Both the position numbers and the translations under genes were made by a program. A stretch of 64,000 nt of DNA from Vicinamibacterales bacterium (GTDB lineage Bacteria > Acidobacteriota > Vicinamibacteria > Vicinamibacterales > SCN-69-37). Shown one piece after another: positions 1-8,932 of this stretch. Location of the stretch: assembly GCA_039925145.1 (NCBI GenBank), contig JBDSZL010000047.1, forward strand, positions 5,216-69,215, written 5' to 3'. Under the pieces are notes generated by a model. That model saw only the letters and a program-made list of their open reading frames with translations. It did not search any database and was not told the DNA's origin. Within the stretch, counting starts at the first letter, position 1. Every line of letters starts with the position of its first letter.

Positions 1-12
1 TTTTCTCTAGCG

Positions 13-1251
13 TTACTGAACGTCCCCCGATGCGAACAAGTCCAGTTGCGCCGGCACGGACGGGCGCCTCCTCGCACGCGGCCGCTCGTCGTCAAAGACC
101 GTCCGCCCGCCGAGGGACGGGGCGAGGCCGCGCTCGTGCGCGATCGCCGCGTCGACGTCAACGCCGGGCGACAGGCGATCCTCCACCAGCCGCGCGAACG
201 TGTCGAGCCTGGCGAAGCCATCGAGCTTGTCGGTGCGGCCAAGCTTCGCCGAGTCCAGCGCCCGCCTCATGAACCCGATCGACTCGTCATAGACCTGCAG
301 CGGCACCGGAAAGGGATGCCCGTCCTTCCCGCCGTGCGCGAACGAGAACCGCGCCGGGTCGGCAAACCGCATCGGCGCGCCGTGGACGACTTCCGCCACG
401 AGCGCGAGCGACTGCAGCGTTCGCGGTCCCAGCTGTTCGAGGAGCAGCAGCGAGGCGAAGTCGCTGACCTCGCGGTCGTGCGCCAGCGCGAGGACGGCGC
501 CGAGCCGCCGCTCGTTCACGTCGGCGCGGCGGACGTCGTGATGCGCCGGCATCTCGAGGCGGCGCACCTCGGCCAGCGTCTTCGCCGGATCCTCCCTGAC
601 GATCGACAGGAGCGCGCTCTGCGCCGGCCTGGCACGGCCGTCGACCAGGTTCCGGATTTCGCCGCGCGACTCGCCGACGATGGCGGTGTGCGGGTCGGCG
701 GTGAAATCGCGGACCGCGGCCGAGTGCCAGTGATAGCGGCGCGCCAGCCGCATCCCTTCGTTCATGCCCTGCTGAACGATCGCCCATTCGCCGTCGCGCG
801 CGACGACGAACGAGTGCAGGTAGATCTGGAAGCCATCGGCGATCGCGTTGTTGTCGATGCGCGCCGTCAGGCGGCTGGTCCGCACGAGCGCGTCGCCGTT
901 GACGCTGGTCCGATCGGCGATGCGGCGGAGCTCGTCTGGCGTGCGGCGTGACTGTTTGCCGCGACCGCCGCAGACATAGAGGCCGAGCTCGTCGGCACGC
1001 GGATTGAGGCCGCGCTTCAGCGCGCCCATCACCGACGTCGTAATGCCGGAGGAATGCCAGTCCATCCCCATCACCGTGCCAAGCGCCTGGAACCAGAAGG
1101 GATCGCTGAGGCGTGAGAGGAACGCCGGGCGGCCGTAGTGGTGGACGACGCTCTCGACGATCGCCGTCCCCAGCGTCGCCATGCGCGCCGCCAGCCAGGG
1201 CGGCACACGGCCGCCGTGCAGCGGCAGGTCGGCAATGCCGGAACGCTTCAC
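13..1251 (-). CDS. DUF763 domain-containing protein
   Basis: 412-aa ORF. The N-terminal DLPLHGGRVPPWL and WHSSGITT segments match my recollection of the DUF763 family. No competing credible frame. Confidence 0.75.
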   Translation of the reverse strand: MKRSGIADLPLHGGRVPPWLAARMATLGTAIVESVVHHYGRPAFLSRLSDPFWFQALGTVMGMDWHSSGITTSVMGALKRGLNPRADELGLYVCGGRGKQSRRTPDELRRIADRTSVNGDALVRTSRLTARIDNNAIADGFQIYLHSFVVARDGEWAIVQQGMNEGMRLARRYHWHSAAVRDFTADPHTAIVGESRGEIRNLVDGRARPAQSALLSIVREDPAKTLAEVRRLEMPAHHDVRRADVNERRLGAVLALAHDREVSDFASLLLLEQLGPRTLQSLALVAEVVHGAPMRFADPARFSFAHGGKDGHPFPVPLQVYDESIGFMRRALDSAKLGRTDKLDGFARLDTFARLVEDRLSPGVDVDAAIAHERGLAPSLGGRTVFDDERPRARRRPSVPAQLDLFASGDVQ

Positions 1252-1257
1252 GCCGGG

Positions 1258-1581
1258 TCAGTCGACCTTCACGCGACGCCGGAACTGCTGATTCTCGTTA
1301 CAGATGAACTCGATGAGTTCGTCGCCCACCATCAGCTGCTGATTGATGCGCACGGTGAACGGCTTTGTATACGCTTTGGGATCTTCGACCGTCAGATCGA
1401 TTTCCAGCGTCCCCAAGGTCGGACGACGGAAGCGCTCGGTGAATTTCACCTGATCGCTGTGCGGACTGCCGTCCACGTCCAACCAGCCGTCGAAGGGCCC
1501 CGTCTCGGCGCCCCTGACGTTGTTCGTTTCGACGACGAGGGTATCGCCTTCCCAGCGCCCCGCGGAGTAGCCCTGCTGCAA
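1258..1581 (-). pseudogene. 5'-truncated fragment of a hypothetical (probably secreted) protein; only a C-terminal-like 107 aa remain
   Basis: The ORF starts at TTG. The frame is open only back to a stop at 1633-1635. There is no signal peptide or N-terminal domain, and it abuts another gene fragment. Confidence 0.4.
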
Positions 1582-1742
1582 CGCAGCGCCTCGCTGATCT
1601 GGACGCCGAGGCGCAGCAAGTCCGTGCGCATATCAAAGCGCTTCAGTCTGAACTGACCTCCGGTCTCGGCACGCCAGCAACCACGCAGACTCCGCCAGCG
1701 ACGACACCAGGAGCGTCGATCGCCGTTCCGAGGTCATCGACC

Positions 1743-2145
1743 GACAAGATCGCACTCTTCCGTCGTCTCTTTCGCGGCCGCGAAGACGTGTGCCCGGGCG
1801 GTTCAGAAGCAATTGCAGGCGATCCCGCCGACTCAAGAACGTTTGGTCCTGGCGACCGGCCGCTTCATTGGTGAGGGCTTTGACGACTCACGGCTCGACA
1901 CCTTGTTTCTGACGCTGCCGGTTTCTTGGAAGGGCACCCTCGAACAGTATGCCGGCCGAATGCACCGCCGGCATGCCGCAAAGACCGAAGTGAGAATCAT
2001 CGACTACGTTGATCGTTCGGTGCCGATGTTGCGGAGAATGTCCGAGCGGCGCCTCAAGGGTTACCGCGCGATCGGCTACGAGCTTTGTCACACCGAGGGC
2101 CGCGCGCCGATGAAGCAACAAGAGTTGCGGATCGAGTACGAATGA
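1743..2145 (+). pseudogene. Internally deleted, frameshifted remnant of a primase-domain/SF2 (DEAD/DEAH) helicase, possibly TOTE-type conflict-system protein
   Basis: The frame at 1746 reads KIALFRRLFRGREDV. ORF 1813..2145, in a different frame, reads LVLATGRFIGEGFDDSRLDTLFLTLPVSWKGTLEQYAGRMHRRH..VRIIDYVD, which is a helicase C-terminal motif-VI-like region. The roughly 800 aa expected between the two pieces is missing. Confidence 0.5.
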
Positions 2146-2383
2146 CCGAGCCAACGGCCGTCGGGATCCCTGGAGGGACATTGCGGGGGAAACTGCTCAC
2201 AGGTGATCCCCTGCGCGTTTCCCGGCGAGTGCCATTTCGAGTGTCATTGAAATAGAAAAATCGGCAAAAGCCGGCAAACGGACGCAAACACCGGCGACGG
2301 CTGGAAGACGCTAAATCGCTCTGATTACGCGAGTTGATCGCGAAACCATTGAGTTCATTGGGTTTCGCGAAATCGCGATCCAA

Positions 2384-2403
2384 GACTCCCACTCTCTCCG
2401 CCA
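2384..2403 (+). other. tRNA 3'-end-like 20-mer (GACTCCCACTCTCTCCGCCA); possible remnant att site
   Basis: It reads as T-stem 3' strand CCCAC, a 7-nt acceptor strand, a discriminator G and CCA. No matching 5' acceptor strand or cloverleaf lies upstream. Confidence 0.25.
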
Positions 2404-2600
2404 GCTTTTTCATGGGTTCTCCGCCAAGGACGTCTGATTTTCCTCCCACTTTTCGGCATCACTTCGCCGCAGTGGCGGAGATAGCGGAACTGAGAACATG
2501 ATCGCGGGCAGGCCGTTTGGTCGGCACCGCGCGACAAGGCAGGACCTGGAGGCGTCGTCGGCGCCGTCCGCAGGCCGTAGGCGCAGCGGCGCTTTCAAAA

Positions 2601-2692
2601 CCCTGTCATCTCGGGCATTCGCACGCATTGCCGAGTTCGACTACATTGAGCGCGAGCGCCATGCCGAAAGCGAACTATGGAATCGACGCGCC
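2601..2692. repeat. Direct repeat copy 1 (92 bp): duplicated promoter-proximal region plus the first 10 codons of the methyltransferase gene found at 7951
   Basis: Hand alignment with 7891..7982 gives about 86/92 identical positions. It contains ATG at 2661 followed by MPKANYGIDAP. Confidence 0.9.
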
Positions 2693-3870
2693 GAAGTCAG
2701 AAAGCCAGGCCGAAGCTGGAGACGTTACACTTCGGGGTGCGAAACAGGATTCTGATTGAACATCCCGAGCAATTGACTGCGGCTGTCGCTCGCTGGCAGT
2801 CGGCGCCGTGCGTCGCGCTCGACACCGAATTCGTGCGCGAGAGTACGTTCCGCGCCAGGCTCGGCCTTGTGCAGGTCGCCACGGCGGACGAAGTTGCACT
2901 CGTGGACGCCGTCCGCATCCCCGACCTCTCGCCGCTCGCCTCCATCGTGAGCAGCCCCGAGACACGGAAGATCCTGCACTCGTGCTCGGAAGATCTGCCC
3001 GGGCTGCGCCGGGCCACCGGCGTGCCGCTCGCGCCGCTGTTCGACACGCAGATCGCTGCCGCGTTCGCCGGACTCGGTCCTTCCCTTTCGTACGGCGCAT
3101 TGATTTTCGCGCTGTTCGAGGTAGCGCTCGACAAAGGCGAGACGCGCACCGACTGGATGCGTCGGCCCCTGTCGCCCGAGCAACTGCGCTACGCCGCCGA
3201 TGACGTCGACTATCTGCTGGAGGCCGCGGCCGAACTGGAGGGCCGGCTTGTCGCCCTGGGCCGGCTCGACTGGGCCATCGAAGACTCGGCCACGCTCGCC
3301 GGGGCGGATGCTGACGGCCCGGCGCCGGCCGAGGCGTGGCGCAAGGTGAAGGGCCTGGACCGATGCCCCGCCGGAGTCCAGGCGGTCGCGCGCGAGCTGG
3401 CGGCATGGCGGGAACGAGAGGCCGCAGGCCTCGACGTCGCCCGGCCGTTCCTGCTGCGCGACGAGACACTGCTCGCTCTCGCGCGCCACGACGACGTGTC
3501 GCGGCAGGATGTGGCCCGGCTCCCCGGTTACGACGCGCGACGGCACGCCACGCATGCCGTGCGATGGCCCGAGGCCCTGGCCGCAGCGCGCCTGGCCGTG
3601 GAAACTCGAGGGCCATCTCCAGCGTCGCCCGCGCCCTCGGCCGCTGATTTCGAACGGCGCGTTACGCTCGAGGAGGCGATCAGCGCGCTCGTGGCCCGCC
3701 ACGCTCACGAGCTCTCACTGCCGCCCGAACTCCTGCTATCGCGTCGGCGGCGAGATCGCGCTCTCGATGCGTGGGGCGGCCGCGGATCGCTCGCCGCTTC
3801 GATCGGCGGATTCCGCGGCGAGCTGCTCGGCGCTGAACTCGACGCACTCGCGCGGACTGTGACTGGCTGA
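2677..3870 (+). CDS. rnd: Ribonuclease D (DEDDy 3'-5' exonuclease + HRDC)
   Basis: Motifs ALDTEFVRE, HSCSEDL and YAADDVDYL are present, with an HRDC-like C-terminus. The start is uncertain: ATG 2677 lies inside the 92-bp repeat, and GTG 2737 is an alternative. Confidence 0.85.
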   Translation: MESTRRSQKARPKLETLHFGVRNRILIEHPEQLTAAVARWQSAPCVALDTEFVRESTFRARLGLVQVATADEVALVDAVRIPDLSPLASIVSSPETRKILHSCSEDLPGLRRATGVPLAPLFDTQIAAAFAGLGPSLSYGALIFALFEVALDKGETRTDWMRRPLSPEQLRYAADDVDYLLEAAAELEGRLVALGRLDWAIEDSATLAGADADGPAPAEAWRKVKGLDRCPAGVQAVARELAAWREREAAGLDVARPFLLRDETLLALARHDDVSRQDVARLPGYDARRHATHAVRWPEALAAARLAVETRGPSPASPAPSAADFERRVTLEEAISALVARHAHELSLPPELLLSRRRRDRALDAWGGRGSLAASIGGFRGELLGAELDALARTVTG

Positions 3871-3883
3871 CCGGCGAGCGGAG

Positions 3884-3908
3884 AGTCTCGGAGGCCCCGA
3901 GACTTTGT
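3884..3908 (+). terminator. Putative intrinsic terminator after rnd
   Basis: Stem AGTCTCGG / CCGAGACT (8 bp) with loop AGGCC, followed by TTGT. It lies 14 nt after the rnd stop codon. Confidence 0.5.
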
Positions 3909-4004
3909 AAGAGCACAATCTTCAAGACGACGTTGGATGGTGTTCGTGTGTGAGGCGGTGCCGGCGCAAAGTGCGGGAAGTGAGATCGAGTGCCGCCCAG
4001 CGAT

Positions 4005-5801
4005 CTACTGTCCCAGCTTCAAATCCTGAACCTTCTTCTCGCCGTCCGCGATGATGATCTCGATCGAACCTGGGAGCAGCGACGTGAGGAATGCTTCGTC
4101 GTAGAGGTCGTTCTGGTTCACGTCGGTGAGCGCCACGAGGCGGTATCTGCCAGCGGGCAGGTTCGTGAAGCGGTAGCGCCCGTCAGTCGCCGATCGGGCC
4201 GACGGGGGCAACCGCCGCACGCCTTGCCGCCAGTAGATCTTCTCGGCTGGAAAGATGACGACGTAGAAGCCGCCCGCGGGTCGGCCGAGCGAATCCTGCA
4301 GCGTGCCCGACAGCTCGCTCGGGTGATCGGTGAACGTCACGACCGCGTCCGCGACGACCTGTCCGGCGGTGACCTCGAAGAAGCTGTCTGACGCGTCTTG
4401 TCCGCCTGCCGTCGCGGACTTCAACACCCAGCTCGGTCCTGACGGCGCCGGTCCGCCCAGCGAAGCCTGGACCCGATAGCGGCCGGGCTCGATCCTCGAG
4501 ATCGTGAACGTGCCGTCGGCGTTGACCATCCCGGTGTGGAGGGCCGAGGGCGGCGAGCTCACCAGCGAAATACGCACGGCGCTCTGCGTCGACGGCGGCT
4601 TGAGCGTCGTCGCGTCGAACACCACGCGGCCGCTGAAGGAGGCAGTTGTGACTCCGGCGGGCTGCAGTTGCAACACGAGATGCTGTTCCTCGCCGTTCTG
4701 GATGACGATCTCCGTCGTGGCAGTGGCGTCGGCCGCCACTGCTGAAAGTACATAGCGGCCCGGCCACAGGCTGGAGGCCGAGAACGCCCCGTCCGGCGTC
4801 GCACGGCTGGACGTGCCGAAGCCGTCGGAGAAGCTCACTCTCGCGCCTCTGGCCGGCTGACCGTCGACACCGAGAATGACGGCCTCGACGCGGCCGACGG
4901 TGCGGCGGAGCATGACGATATCGATACCCGTGCGTTCCTCACCTGGACCGACGCTCACGGGCACGGCGCCGGCCGCATCGGGCGACTGCGGATAGAACGT
5001 CGAACCGTACGACACCGAAGGCCCGAGCGGAGGAGGTGGCGCTGCCGTCGTGCTCAACGGCTCGCGCGCGCCCCCGGGCGCGGCCGCCCGAATCTGCTGC
5101 CGTGCCCACTGCAGTTCAGCGGCGCTGATCTCACGCACGCTTTGACCCAAGGAGCCGGCGCCGCAATTCTGCGGCAACGCCAGGTAGTTCCCCGGTCGGA
5201 ACGCGCAGAGGATGTACTCGCCCGGCACCAGACCGTGCACGCGATAGCTGCCGCGATCGTCCGTGTTCTGCGAGATGCCACCTGCCCGCGCCAATGCCAT
5301 CTCGCCGTTGATCGATCGATACTGCCCAACGATGATCGGCGCATTCTCGACCGGCTGCCCCGCCTCGTCGCGCACCTGTCCCGAAATGGCAGAGGCGCGC
5401 GGCAGCGCGATGCGGAGATCGGTGAACTGCTGGCCGGCCGTGAGCGCCAATGGCAGACCTGAGCCTTGTCCCGCCGTCTTCTGGCCGTAGGACATCGTCA
5501 AATAGCCACTCTTCGAAGCCGTCACCACGAAGCTGCCGGCCGGCAAATTACCAAACACGAACCGACCTGTGTCGTCGGCCACCACCAGCATCGCCGGCTG
5601 AACGTCCGCGCCGCGAAGGACCACGACCGCTCGGGCGATTGGGGCGCCAGTGCCGTTGTCGTCGACCACCACTCCAGCGACGGTGGCGGTGTTGGCGGGT
5701 TGGGGGGCAGCAACGTTTCTCGCTTGCGACGCGGGGAGCGCCGCACCAGACAAGAGGATAAACACGATTGCGCCAATCGACGTCCGCCCAAGAAAAGTCA
5801 T
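4005..5801 (-). CDS. Carboxypeptidase regulatory-like domain protein (secreted)
   Basis: Signal peptide present. Repeated modules of the type G.V.D..G.P...A.V.L, TGRFVFGNLPAGSF and GRYRFTNLPAGRYRL are typical of CarboxypepD_reg repeats. Confidence 0.8.
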   Translation of the reverse strand: MTFLGRTSIGAIVFILLSGAALPASQARNVAAPQPANTATVAGVVVDDNGTGAPIARAVVVLRGADVQPAMLVVADDTGRFVFGNLPAGSFVVTASKSGYLTMSYGQKTAGQGSGLPLALTAGQQFTDLRIALPRASAISGQVRDEAGQPVENAPIIVGQYRSINGEMALARAGGISQNTDDRGSYRVHGLVPGEYILCAFRPGNYLALPQNCGAGSLGQSVREISAAELQWARQQIRAAAPGGAREPLSTTAAPPPPLGPSVSYGSTFYPQSPDAAGAVPVSVGPGEERTGIDIVMLRRTVGRVEAVILGVDGQPARGARVSFSDGFGTSSRATPDGAFSASSLWPGRYVLSAVAADATATTEIVIQNGEEQHLVLQLQPAGVTTASFSGRVVFDATTLKPPSTQSAVRISLVSSPPSALHTGMVNADGTFTISRIEPGRYRVQASLGGPAPSGPSWVLKSATAGGQDASDSFFEVTAGQVVADAVVTFTDHPSELSGTLQDSLGRPAGGFYVVIFPAEKIYWRQGVRRLPPSARSATDGRYRFTNLPAGRYRLVALTDVNQNDLYDEAFLTSLLPGSIEIIIADGEKKVQDLKLGQ

Positions 5802-5805
5802 GGCG

Positions 5806-7743
5806 CTATCGACTCCGTAGGTCCTGCGTGTTCCGCGTGCCGGACGTGAGCGTCACACGGGTGGCGCCCGCGACCAGTCCGCGGAGCACGACCGGATCTT
5901 GCCAGCGGTCGAGCAGATCCATGCCCGAAGCGACGACAAGGAATGTGCCAGGCCGAAGATCGTCGATCGCATACCGCCCGGATTGCGAAACGACGACAGT
6001 CCGTGCGGCGATCGCCGGCATCCCGTTATCGATCCCCGCTTGATACTCCGCGGGAAAGACCAGCACACTCGCGTTCGTATCGGGTTTGCCGTCGGGCCCG
6101 GTGACGACGCCTGACAAGGAGGTCGGACGATCGGTGAACGTCAGGACGACGTCCGAGACATCGTGTCCATCGAGCCGCAGCGGGTTGGTCATCAGATCGC
6201 TGCCCTGATGGGTTGCGGACTTGAGGTACCAGCCCACCGGTGGCGAAAACGAGGTGAGGCTGACCGCGGGCGGGTACTGCCCAGGGGGGCTGCCTTCGCG
6301 CGTGAACTCCCAGGTTTCCGACACGCGCGTCTCGCCAAGCGGTCCTTGTGTATAGGCGAGCGGCCACGGCGGCTGGAACCAGGCGCCGAGCATCGCCTGA
6401 AAGCCCCTCGGTGGCGGGGGCGCGGTCGTGCCTTCGAGGACGATCCGGCCGCTTATTCTGGCTCCGGGCGCGAGTGTGAGCCCGACGTTGACGGGTTGGG
6501 CCCCGATGGTGACGCGCTGTTCAGCCCACCACGCCGGCTCCGATGACGCGGGTGCAATTAGACTCACGTAAGCCGAGGGCTTGCGCCACGCCTCGATGAC
6601 ATACGTACCGGGGGCAACCGCCGGGAAGACGAATCGTCCGGCGCGATCGGTGACGGTCACTGCCACCTCGAATGTCCGCTCCGCCATGGTGTGAACGGCA
6701 TAAGCCGGGATGAGGTGAATGGCAAGCCCTGACGCCGGTCCCTCCGGCGTCAGGGCCGTGCCTGTGAGCGGCGCGAGTGGAATCGGACGCAATTGCACAT
6801 CGACGCTCATGCGCTCGTCGCCAGGACCGAGCGCGATCACGCCTGCCTCGGCTGGTGACGCGGCGCTCGGGTGAAACGTCGTTGGATAGGCCGCGATCCG
6901 GCCATCGGGCAGAACCGACAACGGCAGTGTTCCGGCAAGTGCGTCGGTGCCGCCGCTTTGCCGTGACGTCTGAATGATGAGTTCTCCAACGCGAACCGCT
7001 GGTCCGAAGCCCTGCGGAGCGGCGAGAGAGAATGCGCCTGACGCCTGCAGCAGATCCGACTGCGGCTTATCGGGATTGGCCAACTGCGCCCGACTGGCCG
7101 TGATACTCGAGGCGACCGCGACAAGATAGTCGCCCGGCGGAAGATTAGACCTCCGATACACGCCTCGATCGTCTGTTCTGGTGTAGGTCGGCTGTGGCGA
7201 CAGCACCGCGCGACCGCCGGCACTGGTCCGCCGCACGATCTGCACAGAGACCTCGCCGACGGGGTGACCGGATTCATCGACCACGGTGCCGCCGATCGTC
7301 GCGGCCCGCCAGAGCCGGATGATGAGGTCACCGGTGCGTTGTCCCTCGACGAGGTCGAATGGCTGGCCGGCGCCTTCGGGCCGGCGTTGGCCCAGGTTGC
7401 CGGTCAAGTAACCCGTCGCCGCGGCGCTGAATGTGTAGCTGCCAGCCGCGAGCGCGCGAAACACGAATCGCCCTTCGGCATCGGCGATGACCTGCTGGGG
7501 CCCGGCCTGTCCGGGCAGCGTGAGGGCCGGTGCTATTCGTCCCACTGCCAACGTCACGGTCGCGCGGCCCACGGGACGATTGGTTTGCGCGTCGATGACC
7601 TGGCCCAGGACTAGTCCCGATGGCGGCGGGGGCGGCGTGGCCTGCGAGCCTTGCGCGCCGATCGCGATGCCGCCAGCTAGCGTCAGTGCGAGAACGGCAG
7701 TAATGGGCGATGGGGCCCGAGTGCCGGCCGGCCGATGTCTCAT
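5806..7743 (-). CDS. Carboxypeptidase regulatory-like domain protein (secreted), paralog of 4005..5801
   Basis: I chose the internal ATG at 7743 (MRHRPAG..LALTLAGGIAIGAQG signal). Repeated GRFVFRALAAGSY-type modules are present. Confidence 0.8.
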   Translation of the reverse strand: MRHRPAGTRAPSPITAVLALTLAGGIAIGAQGSQATPPPPPSGLVLGQVIDAQTNRPVGRATVTLAVGRIAPALTLPGQAGPQQVIADAEGRFVFRALAAGSYTFSAAATGYLTGNLGQRRPEGAGQPFDLVEGQRTGDLIIRLWRAATIGGTVVDESGHPVGEVSVQIVRRTSAGGRAVLSPQPTYTRTDDRGVYRRSNLPPGDYLVAVASSITASRAQLANPDKPQSDLLQASGAFSLAAPQGFGPAVRVGELIIQTSRQSGGTDALAGTLPLSVLPDGRIAAYPTTFHPSAASPAEAGVIALGPGDERMSVDVQLRPIPLAPLTGTALTPEGPASGLAIHLIPAYAVHTMAERTFEVAVTVTDRAGRFVFPAVAPGTYVIEAWRKPSAYVSLIAPASSEPAWWAEQRVTIGAQPVNVGLTLAPGARISGRIVLEGTTAPPPPRGFQAMLGAWFQPPWPLAYTQGPLGETRVSETWEFTREGSPPGQYPPAVSLTSFSPPVGWYLKSATHQGSDLMTNPLRLDGHDVSDVVLTFTDRPTSLSGVVTGPDGKPDTNASVLVFPAEYQAGIDNGMPAIAARTVVVSQSGRYAIDDLRPGTFLVVASGMDLLDRWQDPVVLRGLVAGATRVTLTSGTRNTQDLRSR

Positions 7744-7890
7744 CGCGTTTCCCCCACAAGACGGACGCCGCGGCGGAAATGTTAACACCTTCGCCGACTA
7801 CCCCGTGGATGTGAAAGGCGCCAGCGCCACTGCACGCCACCCGCGGTTGACCCTTGGGTACGCGCTGCACTTTGAACCGGTAGCAAACGG

Positions 7891-7982
7891 CCCCGTCATC
7901 TCGGGCATTCGCACGCATTCGCGAGTTCGACTACATTAACCGGGAGCGCCATGCCGAAAGCGAACTATGGAATCGACGCGCC
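7891..7982. repeat. Direct repeat copy 2 (92 bp): native 5' region and start of the methyltransferase gene
   Basis: Aligns with 2601..2692 at a constant offset of 5290 bp. Confidence 0.9.
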
Positions 7983-8631
7983 CACCGTCCTTCGGAATCT
8001 GTTGATCGGCGCGGCAGCCGGCATTATCGGAGGACTCGTACTCCTTCGCTATGTCGGCCCGATCGGGCGCCCGTTCCTCTCCACGGGCTCGGGCTGCGGT
8101 GTCGGGGCGCTGCTGCTGTTGTGGAGCAGCCTATTCGGAAAGTTTCGCGCACGCGACGCGCTGCTGAATGCTGTTCCGTGGCGGGGTGATGAGCAGGTGC
8201 TCGACGTCGGCTGCGGGCACGGCTTGATGCTGATCGGCGCGGCGAAGCGGCTCAGCACGGGCCGCGCAACCGGCATCGACATCTGGCAGGACGTCGATCA
8301 GGCTCATAACTCCGCCGCTGCCACACTGCGCAACGCGGAGTTGGAAGGCGTCACCGTTAACGTCCGCGACGGTGATGCGCGGACGATTCCATTTGGCGGG
8401 GCGATGTTCGATGTCGTCGTCTCCAGCCTCGCGCTGCACAACATCTACAATGCCAGGGAACGCGAGCAGGCGCTGGGTGAGATTGCCCGCGTCCTCAAGC
8501 CCGGCGGCTATGCCGCCATCTTTGACGTCCGACACTCCTATGCGAGGTTTTTCGAGCGCAGCGGTTTCACGATCGTGAAGAAGTGGACCACGATGCTGTT
8601 CGGCCGCTCTGTCGTCGCGCGGAAGAACTAG
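7951..8631 (+). CDS. Class I SAM-dependent methyltransferase with N-terminal membrane segments
   Basis: Motif I VLDVGCGHGLMLIG. The downstream segment VVSSLALHNI and LKPGGY are typical of Methyltransf_11/25. Confidence 0.8.
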   Translation: MPKANYGIDAPTVLRNLLIGAAAGIIGGLVLLRYVGPIGRPFLSTGSGCGVGALLLLWSSLFGKFRARDALLNAVPWRGDEQVLDVGCGHGLMLIGAAKRLSTGRATGIDIWQDVDQAHNSAAATLRNAELEGVTVNVRDGDARTIPFGGAMFDVVVSSLALHNIYNAREREQALGEIARVLKPGGYAAIFDVRHSYARFFERSGFTIVKKWTTMLFGRSVVARKN

Positions 8632-8660
8632 GATCCGGTCCGCCAACTCGCAGAACCGAA

Positions 8661-8852
8661 TCACGATCGAACGCCGCGATAGATCATCCACAGGGCGAGA
8701 GCATCGACGGCGGCCACAACCGCGTCAACCCCCATCGCCTTGGGACCTTCTGAAATCGGGCAGAAGCCGAGGACATTGCCCTCGATCGGGTTGGCAAAGG
8801 TCACCAGCAACACGACGATGATTCCGACGACAGTCAGCGCTGTTTTTGGCAT
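8661..8852 (-). CDS. Small hypothetical membrane protein (63 aa, two hydrophobic segments)
   Basis: It starts at ATG, has coding-like GC3 and two TM-like stretches. It occupies an otherwise empty gap. I recognise no family. Confidence 0.45.
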   Translation of the reverse strand: MPKTALTVVGIIVVLLVTFANPIEGNVLGFCPISEGPKAMGVDAVVAAVDALALWMIYRGVRS

Positions 8853-8932
8853 GGGCGGCGATGATAGCGCCAGAGCCTGCCCTGATCAACTCCGAGGCTG
8901 AAGCGGCCGAATCCACACGCCCGCGCCACGGA

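Noticed and set aside
2054-2449. 131-aa minus-strand ORF in the scar region
   Set aside because: It overlaps the helicase C-terminal fragment, spans the AT-richer noncoding stretch and shows no motif. Part of it is simply the reverse translation of the tRNA-like 20-mer.
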